Source: Gammaproteobacteria bacterium
Lineage (GTDB): Bacteria > Pseudomonadota > Gammaproteobacteria > Magnimaribacterales > AG-339-G14
Length of the DNA stretch: 64,000 nt
NCBI GenBank assembly: GCA_004213955.1
Contig: SGZL01000001.1
Coordinates: 43,041 to 107,040, forward strand
Direction: 5' to 3'
In this document: piece by piece, positions 1-9,720 of the stretch
Position numbering within the stretch: position 1 is the stretch's first letter
Layout of the letters: each line of letters begins with the position of its first letter
The notes under the pieces: generated by a model
Database searches by the model: none
The model's input: the letters and a program-made list of their open reading frames with translations, nothing else
What the model was told of the DNA's origin: nothing
Translations under genes and position numbers: made by a program

Positions 1-2
1 TT

Positions 3-3000
3 GTAAGTATGGATGATCTTGCGCAAAAGACGTCTGAACTGGGATATGAATCTGTGGCTATAACAGATAATTCAAATCTTTTTGGATTTGTAAATTTTTA
101 TCAAACTATGAGAGAAAACGGTATCAAACCAATTTGTGGATCTGAAATGACTCTTGAAGGAGAAAACACTAAAGGTCAACTAACTCTATTGGCGAGAAAT
201 TTAGAGGGTTATAGAAACCTTATGAAATTAATATCTTTTGCTAATACGAACGGAAAAAGAAAAAAAGAATGTCTTATAAGTCTAGAAATTTTAAAAGATA
301 ATAAAGATGGATTGATTATGTTTAGCGGAGGTTTGGAAAGTCAAATTGCCCACTCAGTTTTGGCAGATAAATTTGATTTGGCAGAAAAACAAGCCCGTTT
401 TTTTAAAGACATTTTTCAAGAAAATTTTTTTTTAGAGATAACCAGAGTCGGCTTTGATAATGAAAAAAAGTGCAATGATTCACTGATCGAGATATCAAAA
501 TCTTCTGACATTCCTTTAATTGCGTCAAATAGAGTTAGGTTTTTAAACCAAAACGAATTTGAATCTCATGAAACTAGAGTAAGTATTCAATCTGGATATG
601 TATTAAGTGATCCAAGAAGAAAACGAGACTACAAAGAAGATCAATATCTTAAGTCATTTGAAGAAATGCAAGAACTATTTGAAGACATTCCAGAAGCTAT
701 TGATAATGCTTTCGAAGTTTCAAAAATGTGTAACCTTGAAATTAAAACGGGTATTTATGTTTTACCGGATTTTGAAACTCCAGATGAGCTGAAAGAATCT
801 GAATATTTAAGAAAATTATCAGAGAAGGGGATTCTTGAAAAAACAAAATTTAATTACCTTGAAGAACTGCCTTCAGAATATTTAGAAAGATTTAATTATG
901 AACTAGATACTATTCTTAAGATGGGTTACGAGGGTTATTTTCTAATTGTTGCCGATTTTGTAAATTGGGCCAAAAGTAATGACGTTCCTGTAGGCCCTGG
1001 TCGTGGATCCGGGGCAGGATCTCTTATTGCTTATGCTTTAGGAATAACTGGATTGGATCCTATGAAATACGATCTTTTATTTGAAAGGTTCTTAAATCCA
1101 GACAGAATTAGTAATCCGGATTTTGATATAGACTTTTGCAGAGATGGAAGAGAAAAGGTCATAGATTACGTTACTAACAAATATGGAAAGCATGCTGTGG
1201 CTCAAATTTGTACGTTTGGAACCATGGCTGCAAGAGCCGTTGTTAGAGATGTTGCTAGAGCTCAAGGCAAGTCCTATAGCTTAGGAGATAAAATTGCAAA
1301 ACTTATACCCTTCAGCCCTGAAATGACTTTAGAAAGAGCTATAAACGAAAGTAAAGATCTTAAACAAATTTTAAAAATTGATGAGGATGCATCGGAAATA
1401 TTTGAGATGGCCCTTAAATTGGAAGGAACTACTAGAAGCGTTGGTAAGCATGCAGCCGGAGTAGTTATAGCGCCTTCTGCGATAAATGATTATTCACCTT
1501 TATATCTTGATGCAGATACTTATGATGAAAATATTTCGCAAAGTTACGCTACTCAGTACAGTATGGAGGACATAGAAGCAGTAGGTCTGCAAAAATTTGA
1601 TTTTTTAGGATTAAAGACATTAACAGTAATTAATAACGCCTTATTACAAATAAATGATTTTAGAGATTCTATTAATTTAGAACCAATAAATATAGATGAA
1701 CTCGATTTAGACGATAAAGGGGTATTTGAATTACTTCAGAAAGGAATAACAACAGCTGTTTTTCAGATGGAATCAAGAGGCATGCGCGAATATCTAATAA
1801 AATTAAAACCTAATACATTTGAAGATATTATTGCAATGATCGCTCTTTATAGACCTGGACCGCTAGAAATGAAGATGGTGGATACATATATCGATAGGAA
1901 AAATGGAGATGAAAACATTGATTATTCCAAAGACAATGAAGTCGAGAAGATTCTAAAGAGTACCTACGGAGTTATTGTGTATCAAGAACAAGTCATGCAA
2001 CTAGCTCAAGAATTCTCAGGCTTTACTTTAGGTCAGGCAGATATTTTAAGAAAAGCTATGGGAAAAAAAATTCCTGAAGTAATGGAAAGTCAAAAGGAAA
2101 GTTTTATCGAAGGGGCTCAAAATAAGAATAAAGTTAAAAGAGTAGCTGAAGATTTGTGGGACCAAATTGAAACATTTGCTGGATATGGGTTTAATAAATC
2201 TCATTCTGCAGCTTACGCACTTATTTCTTATCAAACTGCATGGCTGAAATCACATTATCCCTCTCAATTTATGGCATCAGCTTTGTCATCAGAACTTGAT
2301 GACACTGATAAAATTAAAATTCTTATAGACGATTCTCACTCATTAGGATTGAAAATTAATCCGCCAGATATAAATAAAAGTTCAAAAAATTTTCTTTCTC
2401 TAAATGAAGAAAATATTCTATTTGGCCTCGGTGCAATAAAAGGTGTAGGAGATTCAGCGATAGAGAATATTGTCGAAGAGAGAAGTAATGGAGATTTTAA
2501 AAGCTTAAAAGATTTTTGTTTTCGAGTTGATTTATCGAAGGTAGATAAGCGATGCCTGGAACCTTTAATAAAAAGCGGCGCCATGGATATATTTTCTAAT
2601 GATAGATTTAAACTTTTAGATCAGATGGAAGATATTTTAAAACTGGCAAGACAAGAATTAGAAAATCTTGAAAATGGTCAGACTGATATGTTCGGGGTTC
2701 AAGAATTTTCTCCTGAGGGAAAAAAAGAAGTTGATGAAGCTAATCACTCAAATGAAACATCAAAATTAGAATTTGAATCTTTAGGTTATCATCTCCAACA
2801 TCATCCAGTTGATGAAAACTTCTGGGAACTAGAGCATATATCTCCTGTAAAAATTAAAGATCTTGTCTTAGGTAAAAATTTTCAAAGATGTTGCGGAGTT
2901 ATTATTACTCATAATAGAATCCAAACAAGAAGGGGAGTAATTGTCTTTGCCACTTTAGATGATAATTCAGACAGAATAGAGCTGACTATAAATCAAGAAG

Positions 3001-3416
3001 TTCTCGATCAATCTAACTTATCTTTTAATGGACATGAAATTATAATCGCTGATGGAGAGGTTATAGAGGAGAATATTGAAAAAATAAAACAATTCGGATT
3101 AGCAAAAAAGATGAGAGTCACACAACTTTATACTTTAGAGCAAGCAAGAATAAAATTTGCTAGAAAACTGTCTATAAATGTCTCTGAAAACCAGCCACAA
3201 AAAATTGAAAAATTGATTGAAAATTTACAAAATTTTTCTTTAGAAGAAACTTCAGATGGTTGTCCGGTTGAATTAAATTATCATACCAAAGATGGAAGAG
3301 TTGGAATGGATCTAAGAGAAAACTTTAATATTTCTCTCACTAATGATAATTTTGACACTTTAAAGAGGACCTGTGGAATAAAAAATATAGATTTACATTA
3401 CTTTTTGAGAAATTAA
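3..3416 (+). CDS. dnaE: DNA polymerase III alpha subunit (5' end lies upstream of window)
   Basis: PHP remnant (AITDNSNLFGFVNFY), GPGRGSGAGS, catalytic PDFDIDF, GYGFNKSHSAAY, OB fold. The frame is open from the window edge and the N-terminal HLxVHS motif is missing, so ATG at 9 is not the true start. Confidence 0.97.
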   Translation, partial: VSMDDLAQKTSELGYESVAITDNSNLFGFVNFYQTMRENGIKPICGSEMTLEGENTKGQLTLLARNLEGYRNLMKLISFANTNGKRKKECLISLEILKDNKDGLIMFSGGLESQIAHSVLADKFDLAEKQARFFKDIFQENFFLEITRVGFDNEKKCNDSLIEISKSSDIPLIASNRVRFLNQNEFESHETRVSIQSGYVLSDPRRKRDYKEDQYLKSFEEMQELFEDIPEAIDNAFEVSKMCNLEIKTGIYVLPDFETPDELKESEYLRKLSEKGILEKTKFNYLEELPSEYLERFNYELDTILKMGYEGYFLIVADFVNWAKSNDVPVGPGRGSGAGSLIAYALGITGLDPMKYDLLFERFLNPDRISNPDFDIDFCRDGREKVIDYVTNKYGKHAVAQICTFGTMAARAVVRDVARAQGKSYSLGDKIAKLIPFSPEMTLERAINESKDLKQILKIDEDASEIFEMALKLEGTTRSVGKHAAGVVIAPSAINDYSPLYLDADTYDENISQSYATQYSMEDIEAVGLQKFDFLGLKTLTVINNALLQINDFRDSINLEPINIDELDLDDKGVFELLQKGITTAVFQMESRGMREYLIKLKPNTFEDIIAMIALYRPGPLEMKMVDTYIDRKNGDENIDYSKDNEVEKILKSTYGVIVYQEQVMQLAQEFSGFTLGQADILRKAMGKKIPEVMESQKESFIEGAQNKNKVKRVAEDLWDQIETFAGYGFNKSHSAAYALISYQTAWLKSHYPSQFMASALSSELDDTDKIKILIDDSHSLGLKINPPDINKSSKNFLSLNEENILFGLGAIKGVGDSAIENIVEERSNGDFKSLKDFCFRVDLSKVDKRCLEPLIKSGAMDIFSNDRFKLLDQMEDILKLARQELENLENGQTDMFGVQEFSPEGKKEVDEANHSNETSKLEFESLGYHLQHHPVDENFWELEHISPVKIKDLVLGKNFQRCCGVIITHNRIQTRRGVIVFATLDDNSDRIELTINQEVLDQSNLSFNGHEIIIADGEVIEENIEKIKQFGLAKKMRVTQLYTLEQARIKFARKLSINVSENQPQKIEKLIENLQNFSLEETSDGCPVELNYHTKDGRVGMDLRENFNISLTNDNFDTLKRTCGIKNIDLHYFLRN

Positions 3417-4364
3417 ATGGCTTACACTTACCTTGAATTTGAAAAACCTATTAGCGACCTTGAAAGCAAAATAGAGAACCTTGAAACTTCTACAAAAAAT
3501 GAAAATGCAGTTTCTAAAGAAATATCTGATATTAGTAATCAAATTGAGAAAACTACTAAAGAAATCTATAGCAGATTAGATATTTGGCAAAAAGTTCAAG
3601 TTGCAAGACACCCTCATAGACCTCATTTTTCTGATTACATAGAAAATATTTTTACAGACTTTGATGAATTACATGGCGATAGAACCTTTGGAGACGATAG
3701 GGCTATTATCGGAGGTCTCGCAAAATTTAAGAATATGCCCGTTGTGTTGTTAGGACATGAAAAGGGTAAAAATACCGAAGATAAGTTAAATAGAAATTTT
3801 GGTATGGCTCAACCAGAAGGATATAGAAAAGCAGAAAGACTCATGAAACTAGCAGAAAATTTTAACTTACCTCTTATAACATTTGTTGATACACCGGGAG
3901 CTTATCCTGGTATCGAAAGTGAGGAGAGAGGAATGAGTGAGGCCATAGCTAAAAACTTAAGCGTTCTTTCAAATTTGAAAACTAGAATAATTGTCATTAT
4001 TTCAGGCGAAGGAGGCTCAGGCGGGGCATTGGCGATTGGAGTTGGAGATCACATTTGTATGTTGGAATATTCAATTTATGCAGTTGCTTCTCCCGAAGCT
4101 TGCGCTTCAATTATTTGGAGAGATAAATCCAAAGCTAATGAAGCAGCAAAAGCTATGAAAGTTGATGCCGAAAGTTTGATTAAATTTGGTTTAATAGACG
4201 AAGTTATTTCTGAGCCTTTAGGTGGGGCGCATAGAGATTTAGGTGGATCTTGCAATTTAATAAGTGATTCTATTGAAAAAACCCTCAATGATTTGAATAC
4301 TCAAGATATAGACGAAATTCTTAAGAAAAGATATGAAAAAATTATGTCTTACGGTTTGGTTTAA
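3417..4364 (+). CDS. accA: acetyl-CoA carboxylase carboxyltransferase alpha subunit
   Basis: YLEFEKPI start, ARHPHRP, NFGMAQPEGYRKA, DTPGAYPG, GEGGSGGALA; dnaE-accA-tilS order. Confidence 0.97.
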   Translation: MAYTYLEFEKPISDLESKIENLETSTKNENAVSKEISDISNQIEKTTKEIYSRLDIWQKVQVARHPHRPHFSDYIENIFTDFDELHGDRTFGDDRAIIGGLAKFKNMPVVLLGHEKGKNTEDKLNRNFGMAQPEGYRKAERLMKLAENFNLPLITFVDTPGAYPGIESEERGMSEAIAKNLSVLSNLKTRIIVIISGEGGSGGALAIGVGDHICMLEYSIYAVASPEACASIIWRDKSKANEAAKAMKVDAESLIKFGLIDEVISEPLGGAHRDLGGSCNLISDSIEKTLNDLNTQDIDEILKKRYEKIMSYGLV

Positions 4365-4367
4365 TAA

Positions 4368-5333
4368 TTGATTGATCCAAAATCTCTGATAATTCCTCAT
4401 TTGCAAGAAAATAAGACGTGCTATGTTGCTTACAGCGGAGGAGTTGACTCAACTGTACTGCTTTATGAAGTCGGAGAAGCAGCTAAAGATATCAAATGCA
4501 ATGTTGTGGCAATACACATCAATCATGAATATTCTAAATATTCCGGGCAATGGGAAAAGCATTGCAAAAGCTTTTGTAAAGATTATGGATTAATCTTAAA
4601 AAAATTTTCTTTCAAATCTAATAATTTAAAAGGAGCAAGCCTTGAATCTTTGATGAGAGAAAAAAGATATAACATCTTTGAGAAAGTTTTGAGTAAGGAT
4701 GAAATTTTGTTTATGGGGCATCATCTAGACGACCAAATTGAAACATTATTTTTTAGAATGTTAAGAGGATCTGGCTTAAAGGGTTCCTCTTCTATCCCAG
4801 CAAAACGAGCTTTAGGAAAGGGAATCTTAATAAGACCGTTTCTTAAATTATCTAAGAATGATCTTATCGAAATAGCTAAAAGAAAAAAATTGAGTTATGT
4901 TGAAGATGAATCAAATAATAATATTGAATTTGATCGAAATTATTTACGAAACGAAGTTATATCAAAAATTTCAAAAAGATGGCCAAATTATAGAAAAAGT
5001 CTTTCAAAATATATAGATAATAATAAGGCGTCATATGATTTTTTAAGCAAAACTTCATCCCAAGAACTTAAAAATATTCTCGTTGAGGAAAAAATCAATG
5101 TAGAGAAATTAAAAAAATATGATTCCGAATATCAAAAGATACTAATCTTGAATTGGTTGGAATCAAAAAAATTTAGATTGCCAAGTTCCCAAGTCTTAGA
5201 AGAATTAACAAAATCTTTTTTAAATACTAAAAAAACAAGCCAGCCTAAATTTATCTGGGGCTCCAAAGAAAAAGGCAATTACGTATGTTTGAGAATAAAA
5301 AAAGGGTTTATGTCTGCAGAATCTAATCTATAG
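4368..5333 (+). CDS. tilS: tRNA(Ile)-lysidine synthetase, short form
   Basis: VAYSGGVDS PP-loop, GHHLDDQIET, LIRPFL, DESN..FDRNYLR; follows accA; TTG start. Confidence 0.92.
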   Translation: MIDPKSLIIPHLQENKTCYVAYSGGVDSTVLLYEVGEAAKDIKCNVVAIHINHEYSKYSGQWEKHCKSFCKDYGLILKKFSFKSNNLKGASLESLMREKRYNIFEKVLSKDEILFMGHHLDDQIETLFFRMLRGSGLKGSSSIPAKRALGKGILIRPFLKLSKNDLIEIAKRKKLSYVEDESNNNIEFDRNYLRNEVISKISKRWPNYRKSLSKYIDNNKASYDFLSKTSSQELKNILVEEKINVEKLKKYDSEYQKILILNWLESKKFRLPSSQVLEELTKSFLNTKKTSQPKFIWGSKEKGNYVCLRIKKGFMSAESNL

Positions 5334-7005
5334 ATTTATTGATTCCGCTAATTATTGCTTCAAAAGATGCTGCAACAGTGTTTGAGTTAATTCCTATTCC
5401 CCAGAAGGTCTCATCTTTGATAGATATTTCTATATAAGCTGCAGCTGAAGCATCTGCACCAGAGGAAATTGCATGTTGATGGTAATCTGATATTTTTATT
5501 GACGAATTAAGTAATTCACTCAAAGCATTAATACAGGCTTCGATAGGACCATTTCCTTCACCGCTTATTTCAACTTCTTTTCCCTTAAAATTTATATTAA
5601 GTTTTAGGACATCAGAGTTAATCTTGTTGGAGGAATTCTCTGAACTAATACTATGACTCAGATATTTTAAGCTCGTTCCAACGTCAATATAATTTTTTTT
5701 AAATTCTTGCCATATTTCCTCAACCTCAATCTCTTTACCACTATCATCTGTTATTTCTTGAATAACTTTTGAAAAGTCAATTTGTAATCTTCTGGGCAAC
5801 GATAAGCCATGATCTTTTTCTAATAAATATGCAACGCCTCCTTTTCCTGATTGACTATTTATCCTAATAACAGCTTCATAAGTTCTGCCCACATCTGCAG
5901 GATCTATAGGTAAATATGGAACTGCCCATTTAGGATCATTGGATTCTCTCATAGCATCAAAACCCTTTTTGATGGCATCTTGGTGAGATCCTGAGAAAGC
6001 AGTAAAAACTAAATCACCAGCATAAGGATGACGAGGATGAACAGGCAATTGATTACAATATTCAACCTCTCGCATAACTTTGTTTATATCAGAAAAATCT
6101 AACTTTGGATCTATGCCTTGAGTTAGTTGATTAAGAGCTAAAGAAACAATATCAACATTACCGGTTCTCTCTCCATTACCAAATAAAGTGCCTTCAATCC
6201 TATCAGCTCCTGCCATAAGCCCTAGTTCAGCTGCAGCAACTGCAGTCCCTCTGTCATTATGGGGATGAAGACTTAATAATATATTATCTCTATCGATAAG
6301 ATTTTCTGACATCCATTCTATTTGATCCGCATAAATATTTGGTGTGGATAATTCAACAGTTGCAGGTAGGTTCATAATTGTCTTATTTGATTCAGTAGGC
6401 TCCCAAATTTCATTAACTCTATTACACACTTCTAGAGCGTATTCCAATTCGGTTCCAGTAAAACTTTCTGGGCTATATTGAAACTGCCAATTTACATCTT
6501 TCATTTCAGATGCTAAATTTTTTACTAATTCAGCACCATCTGTTGCTATTTTGGTAATACCACTTTTTTCTTTATTAAAAACAACTTTTCTTTGAAGTGT
6601 AGAAGTTGAATTGTATAAATGAATAATTACGTTTTTACAATCAGCAACCGACTCAAAAGTTTTTTTGATTAGATGTTCTCTAGCTTGTGTAAGCACCTGT
6701 ATTTGGACATCGTCAGGTATTAATTTTTGTTTAACTAATTCTTGGACAAAATTAAATTCTGTATCTGAAGCTGATGGAAAGCCTATTTCAACTTGTTTGA
6801 ATCCCAGTTCTACAAGCATTGAAAAAAATCTTATTTTTTTTTCAATACCCATAGGCTCTATCAAGGCTTGATTTCCATCCCTTAAGTCAACACTGCACCA
6901 GACAGGGGGTTTAGTGACCTGATTTTCTGGCCATTTCCTAGAATTAAGTTCTACCTTTTTAAAAGCAGAATATTTAGAAGCTGAGCTATTTATAATTTCT
7001 TTCAA
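5323..7005 (-). CDS. leuA: 2-isopropylmalate synthase
   Basis: WCSVDLRDGNQAL, HLYNSTS, LHPHNDRG, GNGERTGNVD, INSQSGKGG, C-terminal regulatory GNGPI motif. Confidence 0.95.
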   Translation of the reverse strand: MKEIINSSASKYSAFKKVELNSRKWPENQVTKPPVWCSVDLRDGNQALIEPMGIEKKIRFFSMLVELGFKQVEIGFPSASDTEFNFVQELVKQKLIPDDVQIQVLTQAREHLIKKTFESVADCKNVIIHLYNSTSTLQRKVVFNKEKSGITKIATDGAELVKNLASEMKDVNWQFQYSPESFTGTELEYALEVCNRVNEIWEPTESNKTIMNLPATVELSTPNIYADQIEWMSENLIDRDNILLSLHPHNDRGTAVAAAELGLMAGADRIEGTLFGNGERTGNVDIVSLALNQLTQGIDPKLDFSDINKVMREVEYCNQLPVHPRHPYAGDLVFTAFSGSHQDAIKKGFDAMRESNDPKWAVPYLPIDPADVGRTYEAVIRINSQSGKGGVAYLLEKDHGLSLPRRLQIDFSKVIQEITDDSGKEIEVEEIWQEFKKNYIDVGTSLKYLSHSISSENSSNKINSDVLKLNINFKGKEVEISGEGNGPIEACINALSELLNSSIKISDYHQHAISSGADASAAAYIEISIKDETFWGIGINSNTVAASFEAIISGINKSID

Positions 7006-7050
7006 TTTTAATTTTAGATTTGGATTAAAATATTATATAGGATTAATTAA

Positions 7051-7344
7051 ATGAAATTTGGCGAGTATATCTTAGAAGAATTAAAATTTGATAAATGGAA
7101 ATTAAATAAAGATTTCCTTTTTAAAAAAAATAAAGTTGTAAAGATAAAAATTAAAAAATTTAGTCCTACTGAAATATCTTTTTTATTTTCTTTATCCATG
7201 TCCTTTGGACTAGATTTTAAAGAAAAAGATTCAAATGAAATTTTAAATTTTTTTGTAGAAAATAAAATTATAAAACCCAATTGTTTAGAAGAGTTTATGC
7301 TTAATCCAAAAAAAAGAAAAAATGCCTGGAAAAAAATCGATTAA
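7051..7344 (+). CDS. holD: putative minimal DNA polymerase III psi subunit (HolD-like)
   Basis: Directly upstream of and overlapping rimI (holD-rimI order). N-terminal YILEELKFDKWKL and C-terminal PNCLEEFMLNPKKRKNAWKKI match the pattern of E. coli HolD termini as I recall them (WQLQQLGITQWSL; PALTDLRANPTARAALWQQI). Confidence 0.62.
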   Translation: MKFGEYILEELKFDKWKLNKDFLFKKNKVVKIKIKKFSPTEISFLFSLSMSFGLDFKEKDSNEILNFFVENKIIKPNCLEEFMLNPKKRKNAWKKID

Positions 7345-7855
7345 ATTTAAATCTTTAGAATTTAAAGATTTAGATCAAATCATGGAAATAGAAAAATTAT
7401 CTAATCCTACGCCTTGGTCAATAGGAAGCTTTATTGACTGTATAAATTCTAGTTATCAAAATATTGTGATATTACAAGATGATTTGCTGTTAGGATTTTG
7501 CATTTCTACAGTTAATTTTACTGAGTCTCATCTTTTGAATATATCAATACATCCTGACTTTAGATCTCAGGGTATGGGTCAAAAGCTTTTGGATAAAACA
7601 GAAAAAGAACTTACTAAAAAAGGAGTATCAGATATATTTTTAGAGGTTAGAAATAGTAATATAGGTGCAATCAGTTTCTATAAAAAAAATGATTACAGAA
7701 ATGTGGGAAAAAGGAAAAATTACTATAGATTATTAGCGGGTAGAGAAGATGGACTTATTTATACTAAACACATAAATCTATCTTCATTTGTTAGTATTTC
7801 AAGGTTTTTTCTTTTCTTTTTAAAAAAAATAATTAGTTTTAATAGGGGGTATTAA
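7322..7855 (+). CDS. rimI: ribosomal protein S18 N-acetyltransferase
   Basis: GNAT motifs NISIHPDFRSQGMG, LEVRNSNIGAISFY, RKNYY...EDG. Confidence 0.9.
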   Translation: MPGKKSIKFKSLEFKDLDQIMEIEKLSNPTPWSIGSFIDCINSSYQNIVILQDDLLLGFCISTVNFTESHLLNISIHPDFRSQGMGQKLLDKTEKELTKKGVSDIFLEVRNSNIGAISFYKKNDYRNVGKRKNYYRLLAGREDGLIYTKHINLSSFVSISRFFLFFLKKIISFNRGY

Positions 7856-8896
7856 ATGGAATTTAGAAAATTAGGCAACACTGGAATTGATGTGAGTTTA
7901 ATTTGTCTTGGAACTATGACGTGGGGGCAACAAAATACTCAACAAGAAGGCTTCGAGCAAATGGATTATGCTGTTGAACAAGGAGTAAATTTCTTTGATA
8001 CAGCTGAACTTTATTCCATCCCTCCAAAAGCAGAAACACAAGGAAGTACTGAAACGATTATTGGAAATTGGTTTAGTAAAAATGGAAATAGGAAGGAAAT
8101 TATTCTAGCAACTAAAGTTGCGGGCAGAAGTGGAATGAAATGGTTTAGAGGGGGCGAAACTAGACTTAATAAAAAAAATATTGAAGAAGCAATAGAAGGA
8201 AGCTTGAAAAGACTCCAAACTGACTATATTGATCTATATCAGTTGCATTGGCCGGATCGAGCTTTAAACATTTTTGGTGGAGGATTGGGCTTGTATAAGC
8301 ATTATGATCTGGAGTCTATTCCAATTGAAGAAACACTGGAGGTTCTTGAAGAAATAGTAAAAACCGGGAAAGTAAGACACATTGGTTTGTCTAACGAAAC
8401 TCCATGGGGATTATCTGAATTCTTAAACGTATCAGAGAAGAAATCTTACCCAAGAGCACAGTCTGTCCAGAATGCTTATAATCTTTTAAATAGGAATTAT
8501 GAAACTGGAATGTCAGAGTTTTTCCACAGAAGTGAAGTAGGTTTGCTTGCTTATTCTCCTTTAGCTCAAGGTTATTTATCGGGAAAGTATTTAGATGGAA
8601 AACTTCCCGAAGGATCGAGAACCAAGTTATTTGGAAGAGGTCAAAGATACGAAACGCCTAGTGCAGAATCAGCTATTAGGAAATATGTAGGTCTGGCTGA
8701 GCAGTCTGATTTAGATCCTTCCCTGATGGCAAATGCTTTCGTTAATTCGAGAGACTTTGTTACTTCAAATATCATTGGAGCAACCTCAATGGCTCAACTA
8801 AAACTCGCAATAAAGAGCGAACAAACGAAGTTATCTCAAGATATATTGGATGAATTAGATAAGATTCATTCGGAATGTCCTAATCCTTGTCCTTAA
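7856..8896 (+). CDS. tas: NADP(H)-dependent aldo-keto reductase, Tas-like
   Basis: LGTMTWG, DTAELY, ATKV, DLYQLHWP, IGLSNETPWG, LLAYSPL. Confidence 0.85.
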   Translation: MEFRKLGNTGIDVSLICLGTMTWGQQNTQQEGFEQMDYAVEQGVNFFDTAELYSIPPKAETQGSTETIIGNWFSKNGNRKEIILATKVAGRSGMKWFRGGETRLNKKNIEEAIEGSLKRLQTDYIDLYQLHWPDRALNIFGGGLGLYKHYDLESIPIEETLEVLEEIVKTGKVRHIGLSNETPWGLSEFLNVSEKKSYPRAQSVQNAYNLLNRNYETGMSEFFHRSEVGLLAYSPLAQGYLSGKYLDGKLPEGSRTKLFGRGQRYETPSAESAIRKYVGLAEQSDLDPSLMANAFVNSRDFVTSNIIGATSMAQLKLAIKSEQTKLSQDILDELDKIHSECPNPCP

Positions 8897-8905
8897 AAAT
8901 AATTA

Positions 8906-9349
8906 GTGGGAACAGTTAAAGATATTTACATCCAAAAATGTAGAAACTTTTCTAGTATTGACGAAGAAAGTTTTCAAGAAATAATTGATCTTCGAGATAA
9001 AAGTAAAGGAGACAAGATATATGACGACCAAAAAATTGACAAAGAAAGTCATCATTTACTGATTTATTTAAAAGAAATTTTAGTTGCTTATGCAAGACTT
9101 TGGCCCAATACAAAAGAAGATATATCCCTTCAAAGATTTTCTGTTTCTAAAGAATATAGAAATAAAGGAGTGGCAAAAAAATTGATGGAATTTATCTTTC
9201 AAGTCCAGAATGAAAAATTTATTAATTCCTCTTTGATTTTGACCTCTAGAGAGTATACAAAAGAATTTTATGAAAAATTTGGTTTCGTAGCTTATAAAAA
9301 AAATATTGAAGAAAAAAAAATAAGATTTTATATGAGAAAAACTAAATAG
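8906..9349 (+). CDS. GNAT-family acetyltransferase (ElaA-like)
   Basis: HLL..LVAYARL, RFSVSKEYRNKGVAKKLM, FYEKFGF; GTG start. Confidence 0.75.
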   Translation: MGTVKDIYIQKCRNFSSIDEESFQEIIDLRDKSKGDKIYDDQKIDKESHHLLIYLKEILVAYARLWPNTKEDISLQRFSVSKEYRNKGVAKKLMEFIFQVQNEKFINSSLILTSREYTKEFYEKFGFVAYKKNIEEKKIRFYMRKTK

Positions 9350-9713
9350 TTTTTATCTCATTAGCTTGCGGCCCTTTAACACTAGAAACAACTTTGTAAC
9401 TAACTCTAGTATTTTCTTTCAAGTTTTTTCGGTCTTTTTCATTTACTGATGCAAAATGAATAAAAAGATCGCCGCCTTTATCTCTTTCAAGAAAACCATA
9501 ACCTTTACTTGGATCAAACCATTTTATGGTTCCTTTTTCTCTTTTAAGTCTATATTTTATTTCTTTTCCATAAACTATGGTCATACTGGAAATATAAGTA
9601 GAAAACAAAATAAAAAGAAAAGCCCTAAGGAAACTTTCTTGAAAAAGGTAATTATAAAGCCCAGCTGCCAAAAGGCTTATAATTATTCCTGCTGTAGCTC
9701 CTCTTAACCACAT
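9342..9713 (-). CDS. cold-shock domain protein with two N-terminal hydrophobic segments
   Basis: C-terminal CSD: KGTIKWFD, KGYGFL (RNP1), LFIHF (RNP2), KGPQA; residues ~6-48 hydrophobic. Confidence 0.88.
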   Translation of the reverse strand: MWLRGATAGIIISLLAAGLYNYLFQESFLRAFLFILFSTYISSMTIVYGKEIKYRLKREKGTIKWFDPSKGYGFLERDKGGDLFIHFASVNEKDRKNLKENTRVSYKVVSSVKGPQANEIKTI

Positions 9714-9720
9714 AACGAAA

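Noticed and set aside
3-3416. Possible intein in DnaE
   Set aside because: Length is normal and I saw no C/S...HN splice motifs or endonuclease insert
7047-7280. 77-aa minus-strand ORF
   Set aside because: Antisense shadow of the HolD-like ORF, which has motif and synteny support
9456-9707. 83-aa plus-strand ORF
   Set aside because: Antisense to the cold-shock gene; no motifs
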